Shown here in pieces: positions 16,177-25,725 of a stretch of DNA of 30,492 nucleotides. The DNA is from an uncultured Nitrospirota bacterium (GTDB taxonomy: Bacteria; Nitrospirota; Nitrospiria; SBBL01; JAADHI01). The DNA lies in assembly GCA_964604255.1 (NCBI GenBank), contig CAZRYI010000001.1:1-30492 (forward strand). The letters are read 5' to 3'. The notes under the pieces were generated by a model. The model was not told the origin of the DNA, ran no database searches, and saw only the letters and a program-made list of their open reading frames with translations. A program made the translations under genes and the position numbers. The number at the start of each line of letters is the position of its first letter. Within the stretch, counting starts at the first letter, position 1.

Positions 16177-18675
16177 TTAGACGACAATATTGACTAATCT
16201 TCCCTTGATGACAAAGATTTTTTTAATCTGTTTTTCTGCAATCCAGGATTGTGTTTTTTCGTCGGCAAGCGCACGTTGCCGGAGGACTTCATCTTCAAGC
16301 CCGGCAGCAGCTGAAAAACGACTGCGCACTTTGCCATTGATCTGAATGACGACCTCTATCTGTGCTGCCACAATCAAGCTCGGGTCATAGACGGGCCATG
16401 ACACATCAAGCATGGAGGAATCATGGCCCAGGGACTGCCAAAGCGACTCCGCCATGTGAGGTGCAAAAGGGGAAATCAGCAGCACCAAGGTCTCGATTGC
16501 CTCTGAAAATGCCGCATCGTAGCTCAAATCCTCGGTGGCCTCGGTTTGCAAGCTGGCCCACTCCCGGCTGAGTCCATTATAAAAAGTCATTAAAGCAGCA
16601 ATGGCCGTATTGAATTTATAGCCTTCTTCAATATCAGCCGTGACTTTACGAATAGCCTGATGGCTCATACGTCGGAGACCACTCACACGCGCAGAGGCAT
16701 TTGAAAAATCAAAGTCGTCCTTATATTCCCTCATGCGTCCCGAAGTTAAAAAGTCGTGAAGCAATCGCCAAACCCGCTGAAGAAAGCGAAAGCTGCCCTG
16801 CACACCTTCATCACTCCATTCCAGGTCTTTTTCAGGTGGCGCAGCGAATAGTGAAAAAAGCCGGGCCGTATCGGCACCATAGGTTTCGATCAGTTCATTG
16901 GGATCAACAACGTTGCCCTTTGACTTGGACATTTTTGCCCCGTTTTTAATCACCATGCCCTGGGTCAGCAGATTTTTAAAGGGCTCGTCAACCTGGGTCA
17001 GTCCAATATCCCGCATGACCTTGGTGAAAAAACGGGCATAAAGCAGGTGCAATACCGCATGTTCGACCCCTCCGACGTATTGATCCACCGGCATCCAGTC
17101 GCTAGCCAGCTTCGGGTTCACGGGGCCGTCAGTCGTTTTTGGCGAAGTATAACGGAGGAAATACCAGGAAGAATCGACAAAAGTGTCCATCGTATCGGTT
17201 TCACGGCGGGCGACTCCCTGACATTTGGGGCAGATCGCCTCAAGAAAATCAGTGTCCTCCAAAAGCGGATTGCTGCCGTCTTTTGGAGAAAGTGTGTCCG
17301 GCAATTTAACGGGCAGCTCAGATTTTGGCACCGGGACGACACCACAGGCATCGCAATAGAGGATTGGAATCGGGGTGCCCCAGTAACGCTGCCTTGAAAT
17401 ACCCCAGTCCCGAAGGCGATAGTGGACTTTCTTTTTTCCAAGACCTTTGGCTTCAACAAAGTCGATGATGGCTGTTTGTGCCTCAAGGGGAGGCAAAGTA
17501 CTAAATTGATCGGAATCAACAAGTGATCCCTTTGTTTCGGTATAAGCGGCGGACAAAGGCACAACAAGATCGCCCGCTGGGTTTTGGATCACCAGGCGAA
17601 TTGCTAGCCCATATTGCTGAGCAAATTCAAAATCACGCTGATCATGTGCCGGTACGGCCATCACAATGCCGGTGCCATATTCCATCAAAACAAAGTTGGC
17701 AACCCAGATCGGGATTTTTTCTCCACTTAAGGGGTGCGTCGCATAGGCTCCGGTGAACACCCCTTCTTTTTCCTGTTCCAGGGCAGTGCGAACCGTTTTA
17801 TCCTGATTTTTGATTTTTTCAATAAATGCCTCGACTGCCGGGGCTTCAGGCCTGCCCTTGATGAGTTCAGGCAGTAGCGGATGTTCCGCAGCAATACTCA
17901 TAAAAGTGACGCCGTAGAGGGTGTCGGGGCGGGTTGTAAAAATGCTCAGCGTCGAGGATCGCTCGATCACTTTAAAGCTCAGCTCGACGCCGCAGCTTTT
18001 GCCGATCCAGTTGCGTTGCATGGTCAGGACACGGTCGGGCCAGCCGGAGAGTTGATCCAAACTGGAGAGCAGTTCTTCGGCATAGGCGGTAATGCGGAAA
18101 AACCATTGCCTCAAGGCTTTTTGTTTTACGGAAGCATCACAGCGCCAGCAGAGGCCATCAATCACTTGTTCGTTTGCGAGGACGGTGACACATTCCGGGC
18201 ACCAGTTGACCGTGGCCTCTTTACGATAGGCCAGGCCGCGTTCAAACATAAGGATAAAAAGCCACTGGTTCCAGCGATAATAATCGGGACGGCAGGTGGC
18301 AAGCTCTCTCGACCAATCATAGGAAAGCCCCAGCTTTTTAAGCTGTTGCTGCATGTCCAGAATGTTCTGGGCTGTCCAGGCGGCCGGTTGCACACCTCTT
18401 TTAATCGCCGCATTTTCAGCAGGCAAACCGAAGGCATCCCAACCCATCGGATGCAGCACTTTAAATCCCCGCATCCGCTTAAAACGCGCAATCACATCCC
18501 CGATGGCATAGACACGCACATGCCCCATATGAATGCGCCCGGAAGGATAGGGAAACATCTCAAGGATGTAGTATTTTTCCTGATCTGCGGCGTCATCAAC
18601 ACAAAAGATCCGGTTGTTTTCCCAGAGCTTTTGCCAGTAAGGTTCGATTTTTTGGGGAGAGTAAGCGGCTTCCAT
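16177..18675 (-). CDS. leuS: Leucine--tRNA ligase
   Basis: MFPYPSGRIHMGH (HIGH), FTTRPDT editing domain, KMSKS. Start set at MEAAYSPQKIEPYWQ (18675); the track start is 18735. Confidence 0.97.
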   Translation of the reverse strand: MEAAYSPQKIEPYWQKLWENNRIFCVDDAADQEKYYILEMFPYPSGRIHMGHVRVYAIGDVIARFKRMRGFKVLHPMGWDAFGLPAENAAIKRGVQPAAWTAQNILDMQQQLKKLGLSYDWSRELATCRPDYYRWNQWLFILMFERGLAYRKEATVNWCPECVTVLANEQVIDGLCWRCDASVKQKALRQWFFRITAYAEELLSSLDQLSGWPDRVLTMQRNWIGKSCGVELSFKVIERSSTLSIFTTRPDTLYGVTFMSIAAEHPLLPELIKGRPEAPAVEAFIEKIKNQDKTVRTALEQEKEGVFTGAYATHPLSGEKIPIWVANFVLMEYGTGIVMAVPAHDQRDFEFAQQYGLAIRLVIQNPAGDLVVPLSAAYTETKGSLVDSDQFSTLPPLEAQTAIIDFVEAKGLGKKKVHYRLRDWGISRQRYWGTPIPILYCDACGVVPVPKSELPVKLPDTLSPKDGSNPLLEDTDFLEAICPKCQGVARRETDTMDTFVDSSWYFLRYTSPKTTDGPVNPKLASDWMPVDQYVGGVEHAVLHLLYARFFTKVMRDIGLTQVDEPFKNLLTQGMVIKNGAKMSKSKGNVVDPNELIETYGADTARLFSLFAAPPEKDLEWSDEGVQGSFRFLQRVWRLLHDFLTSGRMREYKDDFDFSNASARVSGLRRMSHQAIRKVTADIEEGYKFNTAIAALMTFYNGLSREWASLQTEATEDLSYDAAFSEAIETLVLLISPFAPHMAESLWQSLGHDSSMLDVSWPVYDPSLIVAAQIEVVIQINGKVRSRFSAAAGLEDEVLRQRALADEKTQSWIAEKQIKKIFVIKGRLVNIVV

Positions 18676-18820
18676 TTCGGCAGAGGAAGTTATCATAGGC
18701 ACCCGCTTTTCGCAAGGCAGCCTCCTGGAGATCATTTTGTTTTTGAAAGAGGCTGCCGCTTGACTTCCATTGAGAGCCTCTGGAATAATCGCCCTCGCTT
18801 AAAATGGATTTATCAGGATT

Positions 18821-19189
18821 ATGATGCGAAAGTTTTTAAGCTTTGTTTTATTGACAGTCGTCGCTTTCCAGTTTGTTGCCTCAGGATGGTTGGGTATTCT
18901 GGTTCAGGATCTCACCCCGGATCTGGCAGCGCGTTACCGCCTTTCTAGCACCGCTGAGGGAGTGTTGGTAACGCGTGTTGAGTTTGGCAGTCCGGCAATG
19001 AAAGCAGGGCTGAAAGAAGGAGATTTGATTATTTCACTTAACAATAACAAAATTTCTGATTCAGCAGCTTTAGTCAAAGAGGTTTCAAAACTTTTTCCTG
19101 GCGATGAAGTACCGATGACGATCATTCGCAAGCGCGGGACAAAGAATCTAAGCATTCTTCTGGGATCTGCGCATCGCTTTACTGCTTAA
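18821..19189 (+). CDS. Secreted single-PDZ-domain protein (DegP/DegQ-type PDZ, no protease domain)
   Basis: Signal peptide followed by GWLGILVQDLTPDLA...GVLVTRVEFGSPAMKAGLKEGDLIISLN. Confidence 0.75.
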   Translation: MMRKFLSFVLLTVVAFQFVASGWLGILVQDLTPDLAARYRLSSTAEGVLVTRVEFGSPAMKAGLKEGDLIISLNNNKISDSAALVKEVSKLFPGDEVPMTIIRKRGTKNLSILLGSAHRFTA

Positions 19190-19228
19190 TTAGAGCTTCC
19201 TTAACCCTTTATTTACACCGGAAAAAAA

Positions 19229-19363
19229 TTGAGTCGAAAAAGAGGCCGAAAAGCCGCAATACAAGAAGGAGCGGCGGCAACCAATCGTTACGGCTGTGGA
19301 TGTGTCATCTTTTCCTTAATTGGATTGGTGATTGCCATGATGGCCGCTGCTTTAATGCAATAG
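19229..19363 (+). CDS. Small membrane protein, 44 aa (not in ORF track)
   Basis: TTG start to TAG: MSRKRGRKAAIQEGAAATNRYGCGCVIFSLIGLVIAMMAAALMQ. Basic N-terminus, GCGC, one TM helix; fills the gap between the PDZ gene and comEC on the same strand. Confidence 0.55.
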   Translation: MSRKRGRKAAIQEGAAATNRYGCGCVIFSLIGLVIAMMAAALMQ

Positions 19364-19436
19364 TTCGTCATCCGTCTGACTGCCACGATTTACAATTGAT
19401 CTGAACTTCCTGAAACCCTTTTTTTAGAGGCGATCA

Positions 19437-21959
19437 ATGGGAAAGAGACCCTTGGTGTTCTTTACCCTTGCCCTGCTCGGTGGCCTCTTTTTCAGCGAAG
19501 CGTTTCTCTACTTCCCGCTTGCACTCAGCCTTTCTGTTTTGATCCTTCTTTTTGTCGAAGGGGTCTTTTTTCGTGGACGCCTTCTATCATTTCCCCTCTT
19601 CCTTGTGGGACTGCTTGCTTTTCTGATCCATCAGATCAGTGCGGTGCCTTTTTCCGACCGAGACCTACAACATTATATTGACGGACACACGATCCGAATC
19701 GTTGCTCAGGTTTCCGGTCCTCTACGTCACGATCCAAGACGTGTGCGCCTCCAGATGAAGGCACAGACCATTTACATTGCAGACAAAACACTGCCGCTTC
19801 GGGGCGATTTCCATCTCAATATCTGGGAAAAGGAAATTCCTTTTGAATATGGGGATTCCCTGGAAATGCAGATCAAACTACGTCGTCCCGGACAGTTTCA
19901 AAACGAAGGGGCTTTTCAATATGCGGATTACCGAGAACGCACAGGCTGGAGCGGTGTGGCCAACCTTTCAAATCTGGATCGGATTAAAAAGGTGGGCGAG
20001 GGTGGCAACCCGGTTTTGAAGCACATTTTTCGCTGGCGAGATGAAATTCGAAAACGCATTCTGAGTGCATTTGCCCCTCCAAGTGGCGCATTGCTCATGG
20101 CCCTGGTTATTGGAGAAACGGGCTATCTGCCAGATGAAGTTCGGGAGCATTTTGCCGCTTCGGGCACGGCTCATCTGCTGGCGGTTTCCGGTGCCCATCT
20201 TGCCTTCGTTTCTTTGTTTGTTTTTGGTTTCGTCCGATATCTGCTCTTGAAACTGCCTGAAGCCCTCTTGTTACGGCTCACACTCTGGAAAATGCCCTCA
20301 CAATGGGCGGCCTTATTCACTGCCGGAGCAGCCATTTTTTACACTTTTTTTGCGGGTGCAAAAATCGGAACCCTGCGCGCATTGAGCATGATATTGATCT
20401 ACCTGCTTTCAATCTGGCTCGGCAGAAATCGGGATGCGATGACGGCTTTGGCCCTTGCGGCCCTCTTCATTATTCTTTTTGAAATAAGGGCGGTTTTTGA
20501 AATCTCCTTTCAGCTCTCTTTTTTATCTGTCCTCTTTATTCTTCTGATGATGTCATGGCAACAAAAACAAGACGATCTCGATAGTGATGATGGGCTCGAA
20601 GATGGGCCTTCTTTTTATCAAAAATTCGTTGCAGGCCCGGCCTCCCTGATGATGACCTCAACAATCGGGGCGATTATCGGTACTGCGCCGCTCGTCCTTT
20701 ATTATTTCCACCAATTTTCCTGGGTCGCGCTCTTCAGCAACCTGATTGTATTACCGCTTGTGGGTTGGTTAGTGGTTCCCATCGGCCTGCTCATTTCTCT
20801 GGGGGCTTTACTTTTTTCTAAAGGTTTCCCCTTTGCCGATGTGCTTGAAGCAGGTTTGTCTTACTTTTACGCATTGGTTTCATTTTTTGCCGAGCTGCCG
20901 GGGGCCAATTTTCACTTTGCTGCGCCTCCCTTATGGCTGATCATTCTTTATTACATCGTCTTTTCAGCGATTTTTATTCTCAAAAAACCGCGATCTTGGC
21001 TCTTGTTTTCTCTGCTGAGTTTCGGACTTCTTTTTTTTGGCTGGGGAGGCATTCGCATCGCACCCGCGCATCTCCGCGTGACTTTTTTAGATGTTGCACA
21101 AGGAGATGCGACCTTGATTGAGTTTGCAAATGGCAAAACCCTGCTGATTGACGGTGGCACAAAAACGGCTGGAAAGTTTGGTGTTGCGCCCTATCTTTGG
21201 CAGCACCGAATCAGGACGATTGATATGTTACTTGCGACCCATCCGCAGTTTGATCACATGGGCGGACTGCCCTATCTCATTCGAGCATTCAATGTGGGTA
21301 CAGTTTGGAGCAATGGCCGGGAAAATAAGGCAGCACATTATCGGGATTTCCAAAAGGCGCTGAAATCAAAAGGACTTGAGCCGCGTATCATCAACAATCA
21401 GAGTCCGCCCTTGATGATTGACAATTGCAGGCTTTCATTTTTAAATCCAGGTATAAAAGACGGGCTTGTGCCACGGAAGTCCAATAACGACTCCATTGTG
21501 CTGCATCTCTCCTGCCTCACTCCGGGAGAAAAAATGCTGTCCTTTCTTTTTACGGGAGACATTGAAGCTGAGGCCGAAACCGTACTGCTCGAAAGTGCTG
21601 CCGACTTGAAGAGCCATATTCTGAAAGTCCCCCACCATGGCAGCCGAAGCTCCTCCGGTGAAAGCTTCATCTCTGCTATTTCTCCGAATTTTGCGATTAT
21701 TTCAGCCGGTCGGAAAAATCGTTATCACCACCCTCACAAGGAGGTGCTGGCAGTTTATGCATCACAGGGGATTAAAATTTATCGAAGCGACCAGGAAGGA
21801 GCGATTACCTTTGTTATCAAGCCGGATCAGGAAGACTCAGTGTTGCCCCTGCAAGTTTCATCCTACCGTGATAGCAAAATAAAAAGGATTCTCTGGTCGG
21901 ATGAGGTGGCGACGCAGGAGTGGGAAAACATCAAGGCTTTTTTTCGGCCCTTAAGTTGA
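19437..21959 (+). CDS. comEC: DNA internalization competence protein ComEC/Rec2
   Basis: OB-like N-domain, Competence domain (SGTAHLLAVSGAH), beta-lactamase-like domain (FLDVAQGDA, THPQFDH, FTGDIE, KVPHHGS, NRYHHPH). Confidence 0.93.
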   Translation: MGKRPLVFFTLALLGGLFFSEAFLYFPLALSLSVLILLFVEGVFFRGRLLSFPLFLVGLLAFLIHQISAVPFSDRDLQHYIDGHTIRIVAQVSGPLRHDPRRVRLQMKAQTIYIADKTLPLRGDFHLNIWEKEIPFEYGDSLEMQIKLRRPGQFQNEGAFQYADYRERTGWSGVANLSNLDRIKKVGEGGNPVLKHIFRWRDEIRKRILSAFAPPSGALLMALVIGETGYLPDEVREHFAASGTAHLLAVSGAHLAFVSLFVFGFVRYLLLKLPEALLLRLTLWKMPSQWAALFTAGAAIFYTFFAGAKIGTLRALSMILIYLLSIWLGRNRDAMTALALAALFIILFEIRAVFEISFQLSFLSVLFILLMMSWQQKQDDLDSDDGLEDGPSFYQKFVAGPASLMMTSTIGAIIGTAPLVLYYFHQFSWVALFSNLIVLPLVGWLVVPIGLLISLGALLFSKGFPFADVLEAGLSYFYALVSFFAELPGANFHFAAPPLWLIILYYIVFSAIFILKKPRSWLLFSLLSFGLLFFGWGGIRIAPAHLRVTFLDVAQGDATLIEFANGKTLLIDGGTKTAGKFGVAPYLWQHRIRTIDMLLATHPQFDHMGGLPYLIRAFNVGTVWSNGRENKAAHYRDFQKALKSKGLEPRIINNQSPPLMIDNCRLSFLNPGIKDGLVPRKSNNDSIVLHLSCLTPGEKMLSFLFTGDIEAEAETVLLESAADLKSHILKVPHHGSRSSSGESFISAISPNFAIISAGRKNRYHHPHKEVLAVYASQGIKIYRSDQEGAITFVIKPDQEDSVLPLQVSSYRDSKIKRILWSDEVATQEWENIKAFFRPLS

Positions 21960-22772
21960 CGGAGTGAGATTGAGGTCTCGTGCGATTTCCTGGATCATTT
22001 TTTCGTCGATGAGTTCTTTTTTGATGAGGAAACCTTCAAACAGGGCATTGTCACAAAGGGTGTTGATGAGGCGTGGAATGCCTTCTGAATATTGATGAAT
22101 TGCCGCAAGTGCCTTCCCTGAAAAAAGAGGTTTTTGCGCTCCTGCGATCTCCAGTCGGCACTTGATATATTCATGGGTCACCGCTTCGGGAAAGGAGCGG
22201 AGCGGATAACGAATCGCAACGCGTTGCTGAAGCGGTTTGTCGAGCGCCATGGCTTCATCCAATTCAGAAAGGCCGAAAAAAATGAAGGTGATCAGTTTTT
22301 GGCTGTCGTATTCAATATTCAGGATGCCCCTGAATTCCTCCATGATTTCTTTATTGTGCAGCATCTGCGCTTCATCTACCAAAACAACCGCTTTTTTCCC
22401 CGACTCATGAATCGTGATTAGGCGTTTGTAGAGCTGGCTTAACAAATCTGCTTTGATTTCGGAAGGTGCTTCAACGCCGAGTTGCACGGCAATTTTCCTT
22501 AAAAGCCATTCAGAGCTGATAGAGGTATGGATGACGACCAGCAGCGCCGATTCGTATTGGTCCTCGTCAAGTTCATCTAACATTCTTCGGGCGAGCGTGG
22601 TTTTTCCGGTGCCGACATTACCGACAATAACGGCCAAACCCTTACGATGTTCCACGGCATATTTTAATCGCAGCAGGGCTTCGGAATGTTGCTGACTGTT
22701 AAAATAGAAACGATTGTCCACCGAGATCGAAAAGGGCTGTTCTCTCAACTGATAAAATTTAAGATGATCCAT
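21951..22772 (-). CDS. ExeA/GspA-family AAA ATPase
   Basis: FYQLREQPFS, Walker A GNVGTGKTT, Walker B VLVDEAQ, GIPRLINTLCDNAL; GGAGG SD. No peptidoglycan-binding C-terminal domain. Confidence 0.85.
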   Translation of the reverse strand: MDHLKFYQLREQPFSISVDNRFYFNSQQHSEALLRLKYAVEHRKGLAVIVGNVGTGKTTLARRMLDELDEDQYESALLVVIHTSISSEWLLRKIAVQLGVEAPSEIKADLLSQLYKRLITIHESGKKAVVLVDEAQMLHNKEIMEEFRGILNIEYDSQKLITFIFFGLSELDEAMALDKPLQQRVAIRYPLRSFPEAVTHEYIKCRLEIAGAQKPLFSGKALAAIHQYSEGIPRLINTLCDNALFEGFLIKKELIDEKMIQEIARDLNLTPST

Positions 22773-22784
22773 TCATCCTCCAAG

Positions 22785-25040
22785 TTAGAGGTAGGAAACC
22801 CGGTCTTTTTTCTTTTGGGGTTTGTCTTCTGTGTCCACAAAATATTCATCTGAGGCAGGAGGCGGCGCAGCAAGGCTCTCTTCATGTGCCTGTTCCCTTT
22901 TTTGGGCGACCTCCCGATAATTCGGGTCAATCTCAAAGATTGCGTCGTATAAAAAGGCGGCCTTTTCGGTTGCGCCTTGCGCTTCCTGTAGAAGGGCTAA
23001 CTCATATTTCAGGGCGATGGTCACGCTTTGATCAGATGTGTTTCTGTTTAAGCCCTGTTCAAGGGCGGTAATGGCCTGATCAATTGATCCGCGTTCACGA
23101 TGGCAGATTGTCAGCATGGTCAGTGCATCTTTAAAGCGAGATGCACCCTGAGAGGCATTTTCAAAGGCTTTGATCGCTTCAGAAAGCATGCCCATTTCTC
23201 GATAGGCGATGCCAAGATCGTATTCGGTTTCAAGTGCCTCCGGCTGAAGATCTTCCTGATGTTTGTCTTGCACTGAGCGGATTGCCCGCTCAAGGCTCGT
23301 TTGGTCTTCTTCCTCCGCTTCTTCAGGTTCCAGCTCGTCGGAAAAATAAGCTTGCAGATCAATGTAGTCTTCGTTTACTTCCTCTGCCGCTTTCTCCAGG
23401 TCTTCGCCACCTGAAGGGGGCTTTGGTATTTCAAGCGCTTCCAGGTTTATTTCGGCGGTTTCGATATCGGATGAAACGGGTGCACCAAGCGTGGGTTCAT
23501 CAAAATCAATGGCATAGGCTTCGTCTGCAAAATATGTTTCATTGGGTTCTTCGGACTCAGAATCGTCGAGATCAAAAAAGGGGTCATCCGATCGGGGCTT
23601 TGGCAGATTTCCTGGTTCTGTCGATGAACGCAGGGGGTCTTGCTCCAGCTCCGGGAGATCAACCTCGGCGATATCGTCAGAGGGAAGATAATCCAAATCG
23701 GGTGCTGGCGTTTGAGTCATTTCATTGTTGTCTGTGTCCTCACCGGAGGTATTGAGACTGTCTTCAAATGATTGTTCGTCGCCAAACAAACCTTTGGGGA
23801 ATGGATCTTTTGCAAGCATCTCCTCCTCTACGGCGTCATCAGAGGGGATTTCTGGCGAGGAGGCAAATTGTGCTGAGTCTTGCATTGCCCTCAAGGCTGC
23901 AAGCATCGCCTGCGATTTTTCTGCATCGCCAGCGCTTTGATAAAGCGCTGACAGACTCTGCAAGGTCTCAATCTGTTGTCTGGTGTCGCCCTGTTGCTCG
24001 TAGAGCTCTTTCAGCTTTAACAGTGGAGCAGGTTCTCTGGGAAATTGTACTGCGGCGCCTTGCAATTGCTCAATCGCCTTATCAAAAAGCTCATGTTGAA
24101 TGTAGACTTCGGCTTCTGTCAGTCGGGCTTCCAGGGTCTTGTCATCGCATTCAGCTTGTACATCGTCAAGGTGAAATGAGCCTTCTACGGCGTAAATCGT
24201 CTGTTCATCTGTCATTAACTCCGATTCGGGTTCAAAGAATTCCGATGAGGTCTGTTCAGATTGGGCTTCGTCAAAAGGTTCCGGTTCTTGGAAATTTTCC
24301 GCTTCCGGGAAATCTGAATGGATGTCGTCATTTGTACTACCTGGGATTTCTTCTTTCAGAGATTCGGTCGGCAGAGATTCAGGTGAAAATGCTTCGACAG
24401 GTGCTTCAGGGACTGCTGGCTGATTTTTATTTTGCGCGGCGTAAGAGGGGTCGAGTGCAATTATTTTTTGAAGGATTGCTTCTGCTTCGGAAGGCCGATT
24501 GTTTTCTTCAAAAAAGGATCTTAGTTTTTTATACTCTTCAATTGCATTTTCATTATGCCCTTCCTTCTGGCACATTTCAGCAACTTCCAGCAGGATGTCA
24601 ACATTTTCCGGATCGAGATCTGAAATTTTTCTGTAGACGGATAGGGAGGCTTCGAAGTTTCCCTGATTTAAGTAGGCTTTTGCTGCTTGCAGGTAATCAC
24701 CAATTGCATTGCCAATCAATCCACGATCAGCATAAACACCCGCGAGCTTTTCGCTGATTTCTATCCGTGTCGGATCAACCTTCAAGGCTTTTTTAAAAAC
24801 GGCAATGCTTTTGAGTTCAAAACCCTCTGATTGAAAGGCTTCGGCAGCTTTTATAAAAAAATCAGTGGCTTGTTCTTGTTGTCCATCTTTTAGGTGGAGG
24901 TCTCCTATGGCATTGTAGATATTCCCGTCGTCGGGCAGCGTGGCAATCAGCTTTTTCCACTCCCCGATTGCCTGTTTAAACTGCCCTTTTGACGCGAATT
25001 TCTGGGCTTTTTCTATGATCTTACTCTTGCTTAAAGACAA
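22785..25040 (-). CDS. Cytoplasmic TPR protein with acidic linkers (FimV C-terminal / SgmX-like)
   Basis: N-terminal TPR array, central LTEAEVYIQHELFDKA repeat, long D/E-rich spacers, C-terminal ETEYDLGIAYREMGM TPRs. TTG 25040 follows the SD AAGGGGGGA; the track start is 25076. Confidence 0.75.
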   Translation of the reverse strand: MSLSKSKIIEKAQKFASKGQFKQAIGEWKKLIATLPDDGNIYNAIGDLHLKDGQQEQATDFFIKAAEAFQSEGFELKSIAVFKKALKVDPTRIEISEKLAGVYADRGLIGNAIGDYLQAAKAYLNQGNFEASLSVYRKISDLDPENVDILLEVAEMCQKEGHNENAIEEYKKLRSFFEENNRPSEAEAILQKIIALDPSYAAQNKNQPAVPEAPVEAFSPESLPTESLKEEIPGSTNDDIHSDFPEAENFQEPEPFDEAQSEQTSSEFFEPESELMTDEQTIYAVEGSFHLDDVQAECDDKTLEARLTEAEVYIQHELFDKAIEQLQGAAVQFPREPAPLLKLKELYEQQGDTRQQIETLQSLSALYQSAGDAEKSQAMLAALRAMQDSAQFASSPEIPSDDAVEEEMLAKDPFPKGLFGDEQSFEDSLNTSGEDTDNNEMTQTPAPDLDYLPSDDIAEVDLPELEQDPLRSSTEPGNLPKPRSDDPFFDLDDSESEEPNETYFADEAYAIDFDEPTLGAPVSSDIETAEINLEALEIPKPPSGGEDLEKAAEEVNEDYIDLQAYFSDELEPEEAEEEDQTSLERAIRSVQDKHQEDLQPEALETEYDLGIAYREMGMLSEAIKAFENASQGASRFKDALTMLTICHRERGSIDQAITALEQGLNRNTSDQSVTIALKYELALLQEAQGATEKAAFLYDAIFEIDPNYREVAQKREQAHEESLAAPPPASDEYFVDTEDKPQKKKDRVSYL

Positions 25041-25066
25041 AGGAATCCCCCCTTTTGCTCTTAAAA

Positions 25067-25095
25067 TTGATATCACAGGATCCAGAATGTGTCAA
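25067..25095 (-). promoter_or_regulatory. Sigma70 promoter candidate for the TPR-ExeA genes
   Basis: TTGACA (25095-25090), 17 nt, TATCAA (25072-25067) with TGn extension. It places the transcript start downstream of GTG 25076, which supports the TTG 25040 start. Confidence 0.5.
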
Positions 25096-25170
25096 GAAAA
25101 CGGAGGGACTATTTATTTTATTTTGGTATTTATTTGAGGCGGATATTTGATATTTATTTTGTTAATGTGG

Positions 25171-25716
25171 CTATTGATGTGGCTTATGAACCGCCGATTC
25201 GATTGCGCTCTTCCCTTCCCGCAACTCCGGGGGAATAAAATCGAGGCCTAAGATTGAAAAAAGTTCTTTTTCTTCCTGACAGGGTAACAAGTGGTCGTCT
25301 AAAAAAAGGCCGTAAGCACTGATTTTTATGCCGTATTGTTCTGCTCGCCTGGAAAGCGCTTCTAAAAAGTAATCGCTCCCCGTCACTTGCAAAAGAAGCA
25401 GGGCAAAATGGTTATCAGAGGTGATGTTTAAGCGAAGCGGAATCCCCTCAGCTAACACATAGTTGTAGAGATTGCTTTGTTCAGATATCGATGTTTCTTC
25501 TGGGGGGAAATCCTGGTTTAAGTTCGCAATGTTTGGAAAAATGCTGATCAGTGTCTTGGGCGAATCACTACTGACAAGGAGATCAATGCTGCTGACAGAT
25601 TCCTTCCCTCGTCTCAGGCCTCCGGCAAAACTTGCTCGCTTGACCTCTTTTCTACGAAGCAGTTTTTCGAGAATCTCTTCTCCGATAGTCCTAATGCGAT
25701 TAGAACGACGGGACAT
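25171..25716 (-). CDS. Stand-alone DNA polymerase X palm-thumb fragment with substituted catalytic aspartates
   Basis: AGGLRRGKESVSSIDLLV, VTGS, AYGLF, EEKELFSILGLDFIPPELREG match bacterial PolX palm and thumb motifs. No lyase, fingers or PHP domain; GGAGGT SD upstream. Confidence 0.75.
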   Translation of the reverse strand: MSRRSNRIRTIGEEILEKLLRRKEVKRASFAGGLRRGKESVSSIDLLVSSDSPKTLISIFPNIANLNQDFPPEETSISEQSNLYNYVLAEGIPLRLNITSDNHFALLLLQVTGSDYFLEALSRRAEQYGIKISAYGLFLDDHLLPCQEEKELFSILGLDFIPPELREGKSAIESAVHKPHQ

Positions 25717-25725
25717 AAACCTCCG

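Noticed and set aside
17881-18948. 355-aa plus-strand ORF antisense to leuS
   Set aside because: It is codon-aligned with leuS on the opposite strand, has no recognisable motif, and runs into the PDZ gene in another frame. This is a typical shadow ORF.
21226-21270. ComEC metallo-beta-lactamase motif THPQFDH instead of HxHxDH
   Set aside because: The middle position is known to vary among ComEC proteins, so this is not evidence of inactivation.
23768-24757. 329-aa plus-strand ORF inside the TPR gene
   Set aside because: It lies fully antisense to a well-supported gene, its composition is Arg/Leu-rich and unlike a folded protein, and it has no SD.
25110-25159. Three TATTTATTT copies upstream of the TPR promoter
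   Set aside because: Irregular spacing (17 and 24 nt) and low complexity. Best read as an A-tract or UP-like region, not an array.
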